Below are positions 23,962 through 35,607 of a DNA stretch of 64,000 nucleotides, one piece after another. The translations under genes and the position numbers were made by a program. The stretch's first letter is position 1, and the number at the start of each line of letters is the position of its first letter. Source of the DNA: Phaeosaccion multiseriatum. Lineage: Eukaryota > Protista > Ochrophyta, other classes. The stretch lies in the NCBI GenBank assembly GCA_965112735.1, contig OZ218954.1, forward strand, positions 3,534,001 to 3,598,000, given 5' to 3'. The notes below the pieces were generated by a model, which had not been told where the DNA came from, did no database searches, and saw only the letters and a program-made list of their open reading frames with translations.

Positions 23962-25998
23962 ATGAACGATTTTGAGGAGGCGCTGGAGCGCATTCAAGAG
24001 TGGCGAGATCGGAGCGAGGGGGGGGTAGGCATTGACGAGCTTTCGCTTTTGCTGGCAGCCGTGCTTTCCACGGTCGACTTTAAGTCGCGCGCTGAGAGAG
24101 AAGGGCCATGGAAGACGAAGGGCCACACCCCCCTTCACGCGCTCGCGATGAGAGATGAAGCCATGGAGGTGCAGATGCGGGGAAGCGTGAAGCTGTTGAA
24201 GGATTGCGGGCTGGACATTAATGCGCAAATAGGAGAAGAGTATGACGAGGGAGAGACTCCACTGACCCTAGCGGCGATGTATGGGCACTTTGGGTTGGTG
24301 CAGGGGCTCGTCGAGGAGGGCGCAGATGTGAACAAAAGTGATAACGAGTCCAATGTGCCCTTGGCTCAAGCTGCGGGTGGTGGCAAGTCCGGGGATTCAG
24401 CTTATCCCACGATCGTGGCTTACCTTTTGAAGCATGAGGCCACGGTGAAGGACAGCTTTGCCTTGCACCGCGCCGCACTATCCGGTTGTCCGGAGTCAGT
24501 GAGCATACTACTCAAGGCCGGGGCCGAGGTAGAGGAAAGACAATGGGATACCACACCAGTCCAGTTCTGCTGTGTGGGGCGGGGCAGGGGCAGCACCAGC
24601 GATAGATTGGAGGCCCTGTCCTTGCTGCTAGAGGCAGGAGCTGATTTGAACGTGAAGGACCAGTTCGGCTGCTCTCTCATGCACAAGGCCGCTTCTGCCG
24701 GGCACGGTGAACTCATCGACGACCTCTTCCGTCGAGGGCTGGCGGTGGACGCGAAGGACTCTGATCAGCGCACTCCTCTGCACTTCGCTGTTAGGAACGG
24801 TAATTCCTCAAGTGTGAAGGCGCTCATCCGCCTCGGTGCCCCCCTCGACGCTGTTGATTCCGATAAGAGCACGCCACTCCACTTGGCTCTGCAGTTCAAA
24901 AAAATGGACATTGCGGCCGAGCTGATCGACGAAGGAGCTAATGTGAACGCCAAGCGAGACGGCAACATTGCACCCCTTCATCTGGCAGCGGCACGGGGCA
25001 GCATGAGGCTTGCGTACCTCCTGTTGGAGGCTGGGGCTGAGATCGATGCTCTCACTGACGGTGGGAGCAGCCCCTTGATGGTGTGCATATCTATGGCAAA
25101 GGACAACAACGTTTCAGCTCTGCTTCGGCGTGGATGGTTGTACCGGCCGAGGGAAGGCAGGAGGAAGGTGACGGCACTGCTACTAGAAGTGGGCGCTGCA
25201 GTCAGCAAGCCAGTCATGGCCTTGGTGGGCGAGAGCGATTGTGGGGATGTCGTTGCCGCATCTTTGAGCGAAGAACGAGGGGCCCGACATGCTTCTGATC
25301 GTGTTTGCAATACTATAGCTGGACACATCTCCAGCTCTGCCTACTCTGAGGCCGCCAAGGAGGGCCGTGTGGTGAGAGTGCGCTTGGTAGACAGGACGAC
25401 AGGGAAGAGGAAGGAGACGCAGTACACACTGAGCATACCTCTGATGGAGCTGCTGATGGGCAAGGCGAGAGGGAGGCGACGAGAAGAGGGAGGGAGCTCT
25501 GACGACTCGGACAGAGACGACACGGCCACAGGCAGTTTTCGCACCATGCTGGACCCGGCGGGGCGTGGCTTCATGGGCATCAAGGGCAAGGCCAAGGACG
25601 AGGTGGAGATGACGTTTGACGGAGTGGACTTTACCGAGGAGGGCTTTGCAGCTGTGGTGCAGTTCGTCACGACGGGTAGCGTCAAGAGCCTGCTTACCCG
25701 AGGGCGCCATGGGCAGATGAGCAGTAGCACCAGCTCCGAGACGGCCGGTGGCGGCGGCGACAGAAGAGGTGGTGGGAGTAATAGTGAGGAAGCATTAGGA
25801 GAGAGGAAGAGGGAGCGCGTGAAGCTGTTTGACGATCTGAGAGCGGAGCAGGCTCTGCAGGCAGCGGACTTCTTCTGTATCGAGGCCATGTCGAGGGAGG
25901 TGAAGGCGCTCATGACTCTGTACGGCTTCGAGCTGGGCAAGGGGGGGGAGGAAGGGGAGCCACCGAGGAAGCGAAGCAGAGAAGGCCTCCAATCGTAG
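23962..25998 (+). CDS. Intronless ANK-BTB protein, copy 2 (678 aa)
   Basis: Same architecture as copy 1; open ORF; tail PPRKRSR. Confidence 0.88.
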   Translation: MNDFEEALERIQEWRDRSEGGVGIDELSLLLAAVLSTVDFKSRAEREGPWKTKGHTPLHALAMRDEAMEVQMRGSVKLLKDCGLDINAQIGEEYDEGETPLTLAAMYGHFGLVQGLVEEGADVNKSDNESNVPLAQAAGGGKSGDSAYPTIVAYLLKHEATVKDSFALHRAALSGCPESVSILLKAGAEVEERQWDTTPVQFCCVGRGRGSTSDRLEALSLLLEAGADLNVKDQFGCSLMHKAASAGHGELIDDLFRRGLAVDAKDSDQRTPLHFAVRNGNSSSVKALIRLGAPLDAVDSDKSTPLHLALQFKKMDIAAELIDEGANVNAKRDGNIAPLHLAAARGSMRLAYLLLEAGAEIDALTDGGSSPLMVCISMAKDNNVSALLRRGWLYRPREGRRKVTALLLEVGAAVSKPVMALVGESDCGDVVAASLSEERGARHASDRVCNTIAGHISSSAYSEAAKEGRVVRVRLVDRTTGKRKETQYTLSIPLMELLMGKARGRRREEGGSSDDSDRDDTATGSFRTMLDPAGRGFMGIKGKAKDEVEMTFDGVDFTEEGFAAVVQFVTTGSVKSLLTRGRHGQMSSSTSSETAGGGGDRRGGGSNSEEALGERKRERVKLFDDLRAEQALQAADFFCIEAMSREVKALMTLYGFELGKGGEEGEPPRKRSREGLQS

Positions 25999-27125
25999 CT
26001 CTGTGACCCTTTCCTCTCCAGCCGAGAGGAGTAGGGGAGCAGTGCTTTCCAGCCCTGACAGCCAACACCATCAATACTGTAACTGTATTTTGAGACGCCA
26101 TCCAGAAGGACCGGTGACTGACTGAGAGGTTTGTTTTCCTGATTCAAACAAACGAATCAGGCCCGACAAGAGAAATGCATTCATCATGAACCCGTCCGAA
26201 GAGGAAGGGCAAGAGAGAAGAGGAAGAGGTCCATTGATATGCATGCGTGCGTACGCTTACGTATACCCCACCCAACCCCGAGCCCGAGCCTAAGCACACT
26301 GTGGGAGCGAAAATAATAGAAAAGCAACTCGAGACCCCCTTCGAAAGACTTTGGAGCAGCAGCAGAGGGGAGAGCCTAACCTCCCCTCGCACCTCCAATC
26401 TCAACCCCTGATACACTACACTATCCGCTATCCGCTATCGCCGGCGCCAGCCGGCGCGCTATCCCCCGGGTGCCCAAGTAGCGCGGTAGCTGCCTAAAAG
26501 TAAAAAAACTCTTTCACCCCCCCATTTTTTTTTTTGAATTTGTCTTGGTAGTAAGTACTAGTATCTTCCTCCGGCAACGGCAGCTCCCCCACCACTACCT
26601 CTGTCCCCCCCTCTGCTGTGTTTGTTGCCACAGAGCCTCCTACGCCCGCCGCTAGACCTCAACAGGAGAGGCGCACAGCTCCTGCTCCGGACCGCCGCTC
26701 TCGCCCAGCACGCTCTTCACCAGAGCTCAGTCACCCCTAAGGGGGGGTGGATAAATTGTTCGTGGGCACACGGACGCCACCTGCATCAGTCAGGGCATAG
26801 GCCAGCGGGGCACTCGACCAGTGCACCTTTCTGCCGCTGCCCACGGATCTCGGCGCTCCAACGCAGCCAGAGGCACGTCGGGCCGCGGACGCCACGGCTC
26901 GCGCCGCACCAGCGCCTACGTAGCCTTCACGGCTCTTCTCGGAAGCGGGTCTTCTACTCTAGCGCGGTGTGTGAGACACAAGCGGCAAAGGTGGGCTGAA
27001 TCACAGATACACAAGTAACCTGCCCTCCAAGTGGCGTAACCTGAGACACAAGCGGCAAAGGTGGGCTAAATCACAGATACACAAATCGCCTGCCCCCCAT
27101 CTCACGCGGCGTAACCTGTATAGGT

Positions 27126-29153
27126 ATGAACGATTTTGAGGAGGCGCTGGAGCGCATTCAAGAGTGGCGAGATCGGAGCGAGGGGGGGGTAGGCATTGAC
27201 GAGCTTTCGCTTTTGCTGGCAGCCGTGCTTTCCACGGTCGACTTTAAGTCGCGCGCTGAGAGAGAAGGGCCATGGAAGACGAAGGGCCACACCCCCCTTC
27301 ACGCGCTCGCGATGAGAGATGAAGCCATGGAGGTGCAGATGCGGGGAAGCGTGAAGCTGTTGAAGGATTGCGGGCTGGACATTAATGCGCAAATAGGAGA
27401 AGAGTATGACGAGGGAGAGACTCCACTGACCCTAGCGGCGATGTATGGGCACTTTGGGTTGGTGCAGGGGCTCGTCGAGGAGGGCGCAGATGTGAACAAA
27501 AGTGATAACGAGTCCAATGTGCCCTTGGCTCAAGCTGCGGGTGGTGGCAAGTCCGGGGATTCAGCTTATCCCACGATCGTGGCTTACCTTTTGAAGCATG
27601 AGGCCACGGTGAAGGACAGCTTTGCCTTGCACCGCGCCGCACTATCCGGTTGTCCGGAGTCAGTGAGCATACTACTCAAGGCCGGGGCCGAGGTAGAGGA
27701 AAGACAATGGGATACCACACCAGTCCAGTTCTGCTGTGCGGGGCGGGGCAGGGGCAGCACCAGCGATAGATTGGAGGCCCTGTCCTTGCTGCTAGAGGCA
27801 GGAGCTGATTTGAACGTAAAGGACGAGGTCCGTCACAAGTCTCTCATGCACAGCGCCGCTTCTGCCGGGCACGGTGAACTCATCGACGACCTCTTCCGTC
27901 GAGGGCTGGCGGTGGACGCGAAGGACTCTGATCAGCGCACTCCTCTGCACTTCGCTGTTAGGAACGGTAATTCCTCAAGTGTGAAGGCGCTCATCCGCCT
28001 CGGTGCCCCCCTCGACGCTGTTGATTCCGATAAGAGCACGCCACTCCACTTGGCTCTGCAGTTCAAAAAAATGGACATTGCGGCCGAGCTGATCGACGCA
28101 GGAGCTAATGTGAACGCCAAGGGAGACGGCAACATTGCACCCCTTCATCTGGCAGCGGCATGGGGCAGCATGAGGCTTGTGTACCTTCTGTTGGAGGCTG
28201 GGGCTGAGATCGATGCTCTCACTGACGGTGGGAGCAGCCCCTTGATGGTGTGCATATCTATGGCAAAGGACAACAACGTTTCAGCTCTGGTTCGGCGTGG
28301 AGGGTTGTACCGGTTGAAAAAAGGCAGGAGGAAGGTGACGGCACTGCTACTAGAAGTGGGCGCTGCAGTCAGCAAGCCAGTCATGGCCTTGGTGGGCGAG
28401 AGCGATTGTGGGGATGTCGTTGCCGCATCTTTGAGCGAAGAACGAGGGGCCCGACATGCTTCTGATCGTGTTTGCAATACTATAGCTGGACACATCTCCA
28501 GCTCTGCCTACTCTGAGGCCGCCAAGGAGGGCCGTGTGGTGAGAGTGCGCTTGGTAGACAGGACGACAGGGAAGAGGAAGGAGACGCAGTACACACTGAG
28601 CATACCTCTGATGGAGCTGCTGATGGGCAAGGCGAGAGGGAGGCGACGAGAAGAGGGAGGGAGCTCTGACGACTCGGACAGAGACGACACGGCCACAGGC
28701 AGTTTTCGCACCATGCTGGACCCGGCGGGGCGTGGCTTCATGGGCATCAAGGGCAAGGCCAAGGACGAGGTGGAGGTGACATTTGACGGAGTGGACTTTA
28801 CCGAGGAGGGCTTTGCAGCTGTGGTGCAGTTCGTCACGACGGGTAGCGTCAAGAGCCTGCTTACCCGAGGGAGCCATGGGCCGATGAGCAGCAGCAGCAG
28901 CTCCGAGACGGTCGGCGGCGGTGACCGAAGAGACGATGGAAGTGAGGCAGCAGGAGGGAGGAAGAGGCACCGCGGGAAGCTGTTTGACGAGGTGAAGGCG
29001 AAGCAGGCTCTGCAGGCAGCGGGCTTCTTCTGCATCGAGGCCATGTCGAGGGAGGTGAAGGCGCTCATGACTCTGTACGGCTTCGAGCTGGCCAAGGGGG
29101 GGGAGGAAGAGGAGCCACCGAGGAAGCGAAGCAGAGAAGGCCTCCAATCGTAG
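27126..29153 (+). CDS. Intronless ANK-BTB protein, copy 3 (675 aa)
   Basis: Same architecture; N-terminal half close to copy 2, BTB loop and C-terminus close to copy 1. Confidence 0.88.
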   Translation: MNDFEEALERIQEWRDRSEGGVGIDELSLLLAAVLSTVDFKSRAEREGPWKTKGHTPLHALAMRDEAMEVQMRGSVKLLKDCGLDINAQIGEEYDEGETPLTLAAMYGHFGLVQGLVEEGADVNKSDNESNVPLAQAAGGGKSGDSAYPTIVAYLLKHEATVKDSFALHRAALSGCPESVSILLKAGAEVEERQWDTTPVQFCCAGRGRGSTSDRLEALSLLLEAGADLNVKDEVRHKSLMHSAASAGHGELIDDLFRRGLAVDAKDSDQRTPLHFAVRNGNSSSVKALIRLGAPLDAVDSDKSTPLHLALQFKKMDIAAELIDAGANVNAKGDGNIAPLHLAAAWGSMRLVYLLLEAGAEIDALTDGGSSPLMVCISMAKDNNVSALVRRGGLYRLKKGRRKVTALLLEVGAAVSKPVMALVGESDCGDVVAASLSEERGARHASDRVCNTIAGHISSSAYSEAAKEGRVVRVRLVDRTTGKRKETQYTLSIPLMELLMGKARGRRREEGGSSDDSDRDDTATGSFRTMLDPAGRGFMGIKGKAKDEVEVTFDGVDFTEEGFAAVVQFVTTGSVKSLLTRGSHGPMSSSSSSETVGGGDRRDDGSEAAGGRKRHRGKLFDEVKAKQALQAAGFFCIEAMSREVKALMTLYGFELAKGGEEEEPPRKRSREGLQS

Positions 29154-29843
29154 CTCTGTGACCCTTTCCTCTCCAGCCGAGAGGAGTAGGGGAGCAGTGC
29201 TTTCCAGCCCTGACAGCCAACACCATCAATGCTGTAACTGTATTTTGAGACGCCATCCAGGAGGACGGGTGACTGACTGAGCTGTTTGTTTTCGTGGTGC
29301 AAGCAAACGAATCAGGCCCGACAAGAGAAATGCATTCATCACGAACCCGTCCGAAGAGGAAGGGCAAGAGAGAAGAGGAAGAGGTCCATTGATATGTATG
29401 CGTGCGTACGCTTACGAATACCACACCCAACCCCGAGCCCCCTTCGAAAGACTTTGGACCAGCAGCGAGCCTAAGCACACTGTGGGAGCGAAAATAATAG
29501 AAAAGCAACAACGAAAGACTTTGGACCAGCAGCAGAGGGGAGAGCCTAACGTCCCCTCGCACCTCCAATCCCTTGCTTCCTCCCTCCCTCCCTCCCTCCC
29601 TCCCTCCCTCCCTCCCTCCCTCCCTCCCTCCCTCCCTCCCTTCCTCCCTCCCTTCCTCCCTCTCTCCCGCTCTCCATCAATCCCTCCATACATCCAAGTA
29701 AATCGCAAGAGCACAGCAAACGCTGACACGAGCACACAAAGGACAACAACAAGAAGAAGAGAAGACGCTTAAAACAAAAACAAAACACAGGAGCAGAAAA
29801 GCAGGCTCCTCCTCCTCCTCCTCCTCCTCCTCTCTTGACCACC

Positions 29844-32800
29844 TCATCCCCCCAGCGTAACCTGGAAAAGCCGAATGGATTCTCCGTCAAAGATGGGCAA
29901 CTCCTGATTCCGCACAAAAATCACCCCCCACATAAAGGCTGTGAACCACATCGAAGTGTAGTGGTTGGGTTGATACTTGCGAATGACAATGGGGTGGGGC
30001 ACCGGTAGGAGCCCCACCATGGTAGTGTTGCGTAAGAACTCAACGACGGTGGCCTCGTCTACTGTGGTGCCGGCGCTACAGAGATCGTCGATCTGCGGTA
30101 CGAGGTACTGAAGGAGACGCATAATGGTGTTGAGAGGGAGCTCGGCCTGCACCTGTTGGTGATACAGCAGCAGTTTTCGTTTTGGTGATGTGTCGGGAGG
30201 AGGAGGAGGAGGAGGGCACGGAAGGAGGAGGACCATCAGAACATGCAGCAGTAGCAGCAGCAGCAGCGCTTGGTGATATCTCTATCTCTCTCTATCTCTC
30301 TATCTCCCTCTCCACCTCTCTCTCTTATCTCTCCCTCTATCCCTCTCTCTCCCTCTCTCTGTACTTCTCACACTATCTCTCTCTACCGACACCAACCTGA
30401 CTGAGCCACTCCTCGGTGGGCATGAAGCGTGGTAGTGGCATGGGCGGCTCTACAGAGCCTGCTGCGGCAGTCTGTGATGGAGCTGCTGCATCCTCTGCAC
30501 AGAGACGGAAGAAGAGAGGAGAAGAGGAGAACGAGGAGGGGAGGAGAAGAGGAGGGGGCAGCAGCCAGGGTGAAGGTGAGGGTGAGGGTGAGGGTGAGGG
30601 TGGAGGGGTGAGGGGTGAGGGTGAGGGTGGAGGGGTGAGGGGTGAGGGTGGGGGATGAGGGTGAAGGTGAGGATGAGGTGTGAGGGTGAGGGGTGAAGGG
30701 TGAAGGGTGAGGGTGAGGGCGAGGGTGAGGAGGGTGAGGATGAGGAGGGTGAGCGTGAGTAGGGTAACGGCGAGGAGGTGCAAGGTGAGGGTGAGGGTGA
30801 GAGTGAGGAGGGTCAGGACCAGGGCTGCGCTCCTTACCTTCCGCGCCATCGGCCCCAGCTGCAGCTCCTGCTGCTCCTTCTCCTGCTGGTGGCGGCGGCA
30901 TACTTCTTTCCCCCCCATCTCCTCCTCCTCCTCCTCCTCCGGATGCTGCTGCTGCTGATGCTGATGCCTCACCCGCTGCTACTGCTGCTCGCGCCTGAGC
31001 CACTGCTGTGGCGTGCTCCTGAGCCGCAGAGATGGCCTCGGGAAGAGAGAGAGAGTAGAGACGCTGGAACACCTCCTTGCGGCGGATTATCGCATACACG
31101 AGGTGAGGGTTTCCGATGTACTGCACAAGGAGAGAGAGGGAGAGAGAGAGGGGGGGCAAAGAGAGAGACAGGGGGGGGGGGGGGAGGGGAAGAGGTGACG
31201 TACGGACAGGAAATTGCAAATACGGACCCATTTACTGACTCAATGACGTAAAAAGCCCAAATGGGTTACGTGGGCTCACTCACTGACTCGCTGACTCAAG
31301 GGCTGACTGACGGCCTGCCTGCTTGATGCTTGACGGGCTCAATTGACTCACTCACTCACTCACTCACTCACTCACTCACTCACTCACTCACTCACTCAGA
31401 GAGACTTAGTTGCTGACTGACCTGATACTGTATGATGTTGTTGAACACCTCCATGAGCAGCGAAACGTACACAAGGTTGTTCTCGGAGGCGTACAGAAAG
31501 CGGGGGGAGGTGTAAAGCTCAAACAGGGACACCAGCTTCATCGATGCCACCAGACTGCGTGGGAGGGTGGTTGGATGGGTGTTAGGTGGGTAGGGAGGGG
31601 AGGACCGGAGAGACGGGGGAGGGGGGGGGGGTGAGAGGGGGCGAGAAAGACGAAGGAGAGCCCCACAAACACCGCAAATAAAACAACAAAAATCCCTGGC
31701 ACGATACCATATTCGGCACAATGCCCTTTTACAACCAACAAACCCCTCCCTCCCTCCTTCTCCTCTCCCTCTGTATCACCAACTCCCTCACCTCATGGAC
31801 TTGCAGTAAGGAGAGATGTTGCAAATGACAGTGAGGAAACAGTGGTACAGAGAGCCAAGGCGCTCGTTGCCGGATACAACAAGCTTGTGCAAGGTGAGGA
31901 TGAGGAGGTCGGCCTGAGAGCCCGTGAAGAGGGGGAGATCTACCGCCAGCCGAGAGTTGTAGGGCTACAGTAAGAGAGAGGGGAGGGGAGAGGAGGAAGG
32001 GGATGGAGAAAGGAGGGGAGGGGGGGGGGAGGGGCGGGGAGGGAGGAGAGGGGGGGGTGGGAGAGAGAGAGCAAGAAAGACAGAGGGAAAGAAAGACAGT
32101 GAGAAAGAGAGGGCGAGAGGGACAGAGAGACAGGGAGAAGCAGAGAGACACAGAGTGAGAGAGAGTTAACGTTAGATTTGGCAGAGACAAGATAACATAA
32201 CATTAGATAAGATGATACGGCGCTACGTAATAGTCCTTACCTTATTGAGAGACACCCCGAAGTTCCTCTCCCCGGAGAGCTTAAGGAGGATGAATGTGTT
32301 GATGTGAATGAGGCCCCCCTTGGACACATCTTTGCGGTTGGCGAGCAGAAGGTAGCAGATGGGCACCACCAGGCTGCTCACGTCACACGACTGAGAGGGT
32401 GTCAGGACAGAGGATGTCAGAGAGTGCCAGGACGGGGAGGGGGTGTCAGGACAGTGGATGGGTGTCAGGACAGTGTCAGAAGAGAGGGAGAGAAGACATA
32501 CGAAATCTTAGGTACGCACCTTGAGCAAGTAGCTCGTGAAGACAGGATTCTCCTCCAGAATCTTCCACAGCAACACCAGGAGCTCCTGATAGCTGCTCAC
32601 CTGAGGGAGTTAGTGATACAAAGAAGGGAGCAACGGAGGGAGGGAGCGCAGGAAAAGACTAGTCAGGCGCAGTTCACTGAAGTCCATTTCACCCTTACCC
32701 ATATACCTAAGCCGTCATGCCCTCCCCCTCCCTCCCTCCCTACCCCCTTCCTGCCTCTCTCTCCCCTTGACTCAATCCCTCCCTCCCTCCCTCCCTCCCT

Positions 32801-35230
32801 CCATCTGTATCACCAACCCGCGTACCTGCATGATCCCCCCGGGAATGTAGGTACTCTTGGCCTCGTGAACGTTGTTGAGCATACGATTCAATCCTGTGAA
32901 TACAAAGTCAAAGTCCGAGGGCCCTGCCAGACCCGTCACGAGCATCCTCTTGTACACATTCACGCCACCCCCACCCCCACCCCCAGCAGTTGGTGATACG
33001 GCTATAGCATCTCCGTCGCCACCCCCTCCCCCCCTTCCCCGGGAACCCGCAGGAGCCTTCACTCGGTAGTCCCTCTCTTCTCGCTTCCCAGCTGCTCCTC
33101 CTCCCTCTCTTGCGCCTCCCCCCCCTTCCTCCCCTGTTCTGCCTTCTCCTCCTCCTCCTCCTCCTCCTTCTCCTCCTCCTGCTGCTGATTGCTGATGGGA
33201 CAGGTGTGATCCACTGCCACTGTCCAGCAACGCCACCAGCACCTGCAAATGCAAGCACCACATGGGCGGAGGAGAGGTAGGCAGGCAGACAGGCATATGG
33301 ACAAAGGAGAGGCAGGCAGGCGTACGGGGAAGGAGGTATGCACAAGCATACGGGCACATGTCAGTCAGATTTAAACCCCCACTCGCCAATCTTGGGAGCC
33401 AGAGCCAGAGCCAGCACCACCACCACCACCAGCAGCAGCAGCAGCGGCAGCAGCAGCAGTAGCGCCTAATCGCAAACTGAAACACTGCAGGATGTAACTG
33501 AACCTGAAACTGCAAGGTTCTGCACTGACCTGGGCTGCCATCTCCATCTGCTTGGTGGGTGCGTCGCTAACCATGCTGCTTCCGAAGGGCACTCCCCACC
33601 CCACGGGGTCGAAGGCGAGGGAGCAGTTCAGCAGAGACACAAACAGCTCAGGGGCGAAGGGTACGGAGGGGCGGGTCAGCTCTCGGCTGAAGCGGCTGTG
33701 GAGAAGGAGGGGGGGCATGGGGCAAGAGGAGGAGGGGAGGAGGAGGAGGAGGAGGAGGAGTGAGTGGAGTAGAAGTATGAGAAAGAGAGAAAGAGAGAGA
33801 GAGAGAGCTGGCATTGAGACAAAACACAGAGAAAGAGGAGTGGAGGAGAGAGGAAGGAAAGGGACGGCAGACCCGAGAGTGCCCACCCACCCCGCCCATC
33901 CACTCCACCCACCAACCCCCCTATACACATATATACATTCACACCCACACATACACACACACACAAGCACGGACGTACCCAGCGCCGGGGTTGAAGTGCT
34001 CATTGGACTGAAAGAGGGGCTCGCACAGCAGCGTGAGGAGGAGCCGGAGAACCTCACAGCGGTTACGTTCGAGGTGCCTCCCGTAGTGGATCTTCACGTC
34101 ACCGACCACCTGAAGGAGTTGGTGACACAGACGGAGGGAGGGAGAGAAAGAGAAAGGAAGGATTGTAGCGATGAGGGAGGTGTGTGTATGGTACACATGA
34201 GCTGTGGTGTTCTATGCTTGAAAGTCGATGCCCTAGTTCGCTCAACAAGAAAAGAGTTCAGCATTAGCGGAGGCAGACGGAAACAACCACATCCGCCACC
34301 GACAGACAGACAGAGAGAGAGAGAGATAAGGTCATGCGGCTTCGCTTCCTCTCTCTCCCTTCTCCCGAGCCTCTCTTCACTCACCTGCAGTCCCTTCTCC
34401 CAGCAGAGCTCTGGGAACTGTAGATCCAGCCCCAGGCGAGAGACGGGAGTGGCCGCTCCTGCGACAGCACGTGCCGCCTCCTCCTCCTCCCCACCACCAC
34501 CAGTAGCAGTGCTAGCCCCATCTTCGGTAAAGGACCCTGCTCTGAACCAGCGCTGCCTTGCTCGGGTCACTCTCTGCGCCGTGAAGGGGGAGACCTGGAC
34601 CGTGAAGGCTGGCAAGAAGAGAAGCTGCATCACCGCGTCGACCAGCACGCTGCCCAGAGGCACCACGCTCCCTGAGGTGTCTTCCTCGTCGCTCGGCTTC
34701 CAGAACAGCCGCTCGAGGAAAGGGTCCACCTCCTCTCCCTCCTCCCAGCCTTCTTCCTCCTCCCAAGAATCCCCTTCCTCTCCTCCCCCTCCTCCCCCGC
34801 TCTCCTCGGATGCCCCGTCCGCCCCCCCTCCTCCCTCCCCTTGCTCCTCCCCCCCCCCCCCCTCCTCCTCCCCATTCGCGTAGAGCGGTCGCCGCCTGTT
34901 ATATCCCTCCAGCAGGAAGGGCATGATTCGAGTGGTGATGCGTATACAGCACAGCGCGTCTTCAAAGCCCCGCCCCGCATGCTCCACTGGGGACTCCAGC
35001 ACGCTGCACAGCTTCGCCACGCAGCGATTGAACAGCGCCGCCACGTTGCCGGGCCTTGTCTTCCTTAAATTGCGTATGTGGGCAGGGGAGATCATCTCAA
35101 ACACCTCCTGCGCAGAGGCGTTGACGTTCCACAACTGGTTCCAGAAGTCATCGTCGGCAGGCGACACGTCGTGTGTATTGAGAGCTTCAAGCGCCTCTCG
35201 GAACTTCACCTTGCTCGCCCCGGCACCCAT
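29844..35230 (-). CDS. HID1: HID1 (dymeclin/HID-1 family Golgi trafficking protein), multi-exon
   Basis: N-terminus MGAGASKVKFREAL...DDDFWNQLW (myristoylation-type MGxxxSK), IRNLRKTRPGNVAALF, RIMPFLLE, LKLSGERNFGVSLNK, NNIIQYQ|YIGNPHLVYAIIR; C-terminus GLLPVPHPIVIRKYQPN...WGVIFVRN...FDGESIRLF. Confidence 0.92.
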
Positions 35231-35607
35231 CTTGGCCCCTCCCTCCCCTACTGTTTTGGTGTCTTTGTCTTTCTTTTTCTTGACCTTCACTTGTTCCCTC
35301 TTGTGGAAGAAAAAAGAGAGGCCTCGGCAAGTTGCTCTCTGTGTAGAGAAAGGCGCTGCCGGCGACAAGCAGATAGAGTGACAGCACACACAGCCTTCCA
35401 GACCAAGCGACAGCACACACAGACCTTGTATGGAGAGAGAGGGTTTAGAAAAAGGGGGCGGGAGACGTGAGTGCCAACTCGCTGTCCCTGTTGGTTTCCG
35501 ATACTCGTATTCTCCAACTTTGTTGCGCGCGCAAAATCCCCCTTCCCTTGTAGTGGCACGTCTAGGGCTGCACTTCCTGCTTCAGAGCTCTCTAATCACA
35601 CGCAACC

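Larger units (their letters stand above)
20249..29570 (+). repeat. Tandem triplication with a 3164-bp period, each unit carrying one ANK-BTB gene
   Basis: ATGs at 20798, 23962 and 27126 (3164 bp apart); near-identical flanks. Unit 1 has its 5' end replaced by the MITE and a ~70-bp deletion. Confidence 0.95.

Noticed and set aside
20798-29153. Diversity-generating retroelement (DGR) as the source of ankyrin variation
   Set aside because: No reverse transcriptase or template repeat in the window, and substitutions are not adenine-restricted.
19488-29570. Repeat R as the LTR of a TRIM-like retroelement
   Set aside because: A purine-rich tract precedes R2-R4, but there are no consistent TG...CA ends, no primer-binding site after R and no clear target duplication. 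Kept only as a direct repeat.
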